Origin: Octopus sinensis
Taxonomy: Eukaryota
Length of the DNA: 64,000 nt
Direction of reading: 5' to 3'
NCBI RefSeq assembly: GCF_006345805.1
Contig: NC_042997.1
Span: 90,210,001-90,274,000 of the forward strand
Part shown: positions 63,389-64,000 of the stretch, piece after piece
Layout of the letters: each line of letters begins with the position of its first letter
How positions within the stretch are numbered: the first letter of the stretch is position 1
The notes under the pieces: generated by a model
Database searches by the model: none
What the model saw: the letters and a program-made list of their open reading frames with translations, nothing else
Told to the model about the DNA's origin: nothing
Made by a program: the position numbers and the translations under genes

Positions 63389-63871
63389 GTATCTCTGGTA
63401 ACTTGAACTACTACAAGTAACAGCCAAATTTCTCTTAAAACACATCCTTTCATCAAAAGAAAACACAAATTTATAGTATTTCAGGAACAGAAAAAAAAAG
63501 AATCTATGCGATGGGTCTGCTACATCAGAGGCAACCCTGGGCTAAAGAAGACACAGACAAACATACTTCACATTAAAAGATTATCTACTAAATAATACTA
63601 ATAAAGTTGACGGTATATCTTCGAAGTTTCATTCCCTGGTAAAACTCCATAAGATTGTTCAGGCAGAGTTGCATCCCTTACCTAAAGACCTCAAAGTTGT
63701 GCGACCCGACCTCGTTTTTGAGGTTATTTTTGTAGTAAGAAAGAGTTGTGCAAAAAACATACATTATTTGGTAGCCGAAAGATTACTGAATCTTTTGATA
63801 CTTCATGTGTCAAAATCGGCAACTCAGTTTTCGAATCCATAAGGAACATACGCAAACACACACAGACACAG

Positions 63872-63908
<37 letters not shown>

Positions 63909-64000
63909 TATACATACATACACACACACACACACGTTCGCACATATATATATATATATATATACTCCCTTATATTCCCAGTCTTCGAGAATGACTCTCC

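Overview
AT-rich, microsatellite-saturated animal genomic DNA with one 100-N assembly gap (2864-2963). The repeat landscape resembles what I recall of octopus (coleoid cephalopod) DNA; this is an inference from recalled repeat families, not a database match. No host protein-coding gene is recognisable, and almost every ORF in the supplied track is a translated microsatellite. The window is mostly transposon debris: dozens of tRNA-derived SINEs from about four families, a near-complete decayed Tc1 (DD34E), several mariner remnants and MITEs, CR1, RTE, R4/Dong-like and HERO-like non-LTR fragments, and Penelope-like (GIY-YIG) remnants. The most notable signal is a set of seven type I hammerhead-ribozyme-like motifs read by eye. 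Three are near-canonical (1352-1414 +, 33769-33819 +, 48872-48914 -), and the last sits at the tip of a 139-nt RNA rod whose G-U wobbles favour the ribozyme strand. Two belong to a family sharing a non-canonical A6U core (12561-12596 -, 21397-21432 +), and two are decayed (2236-2302 -, 55061-55095 +). Hammerheads in Penelope-like elements and retrozymes are established, so any novelty lies in these specific families and variants. A second recurring theme is short, near-perfect fold-back palindromes and templated inversions. Boundaries of decayed repeats are approximate.
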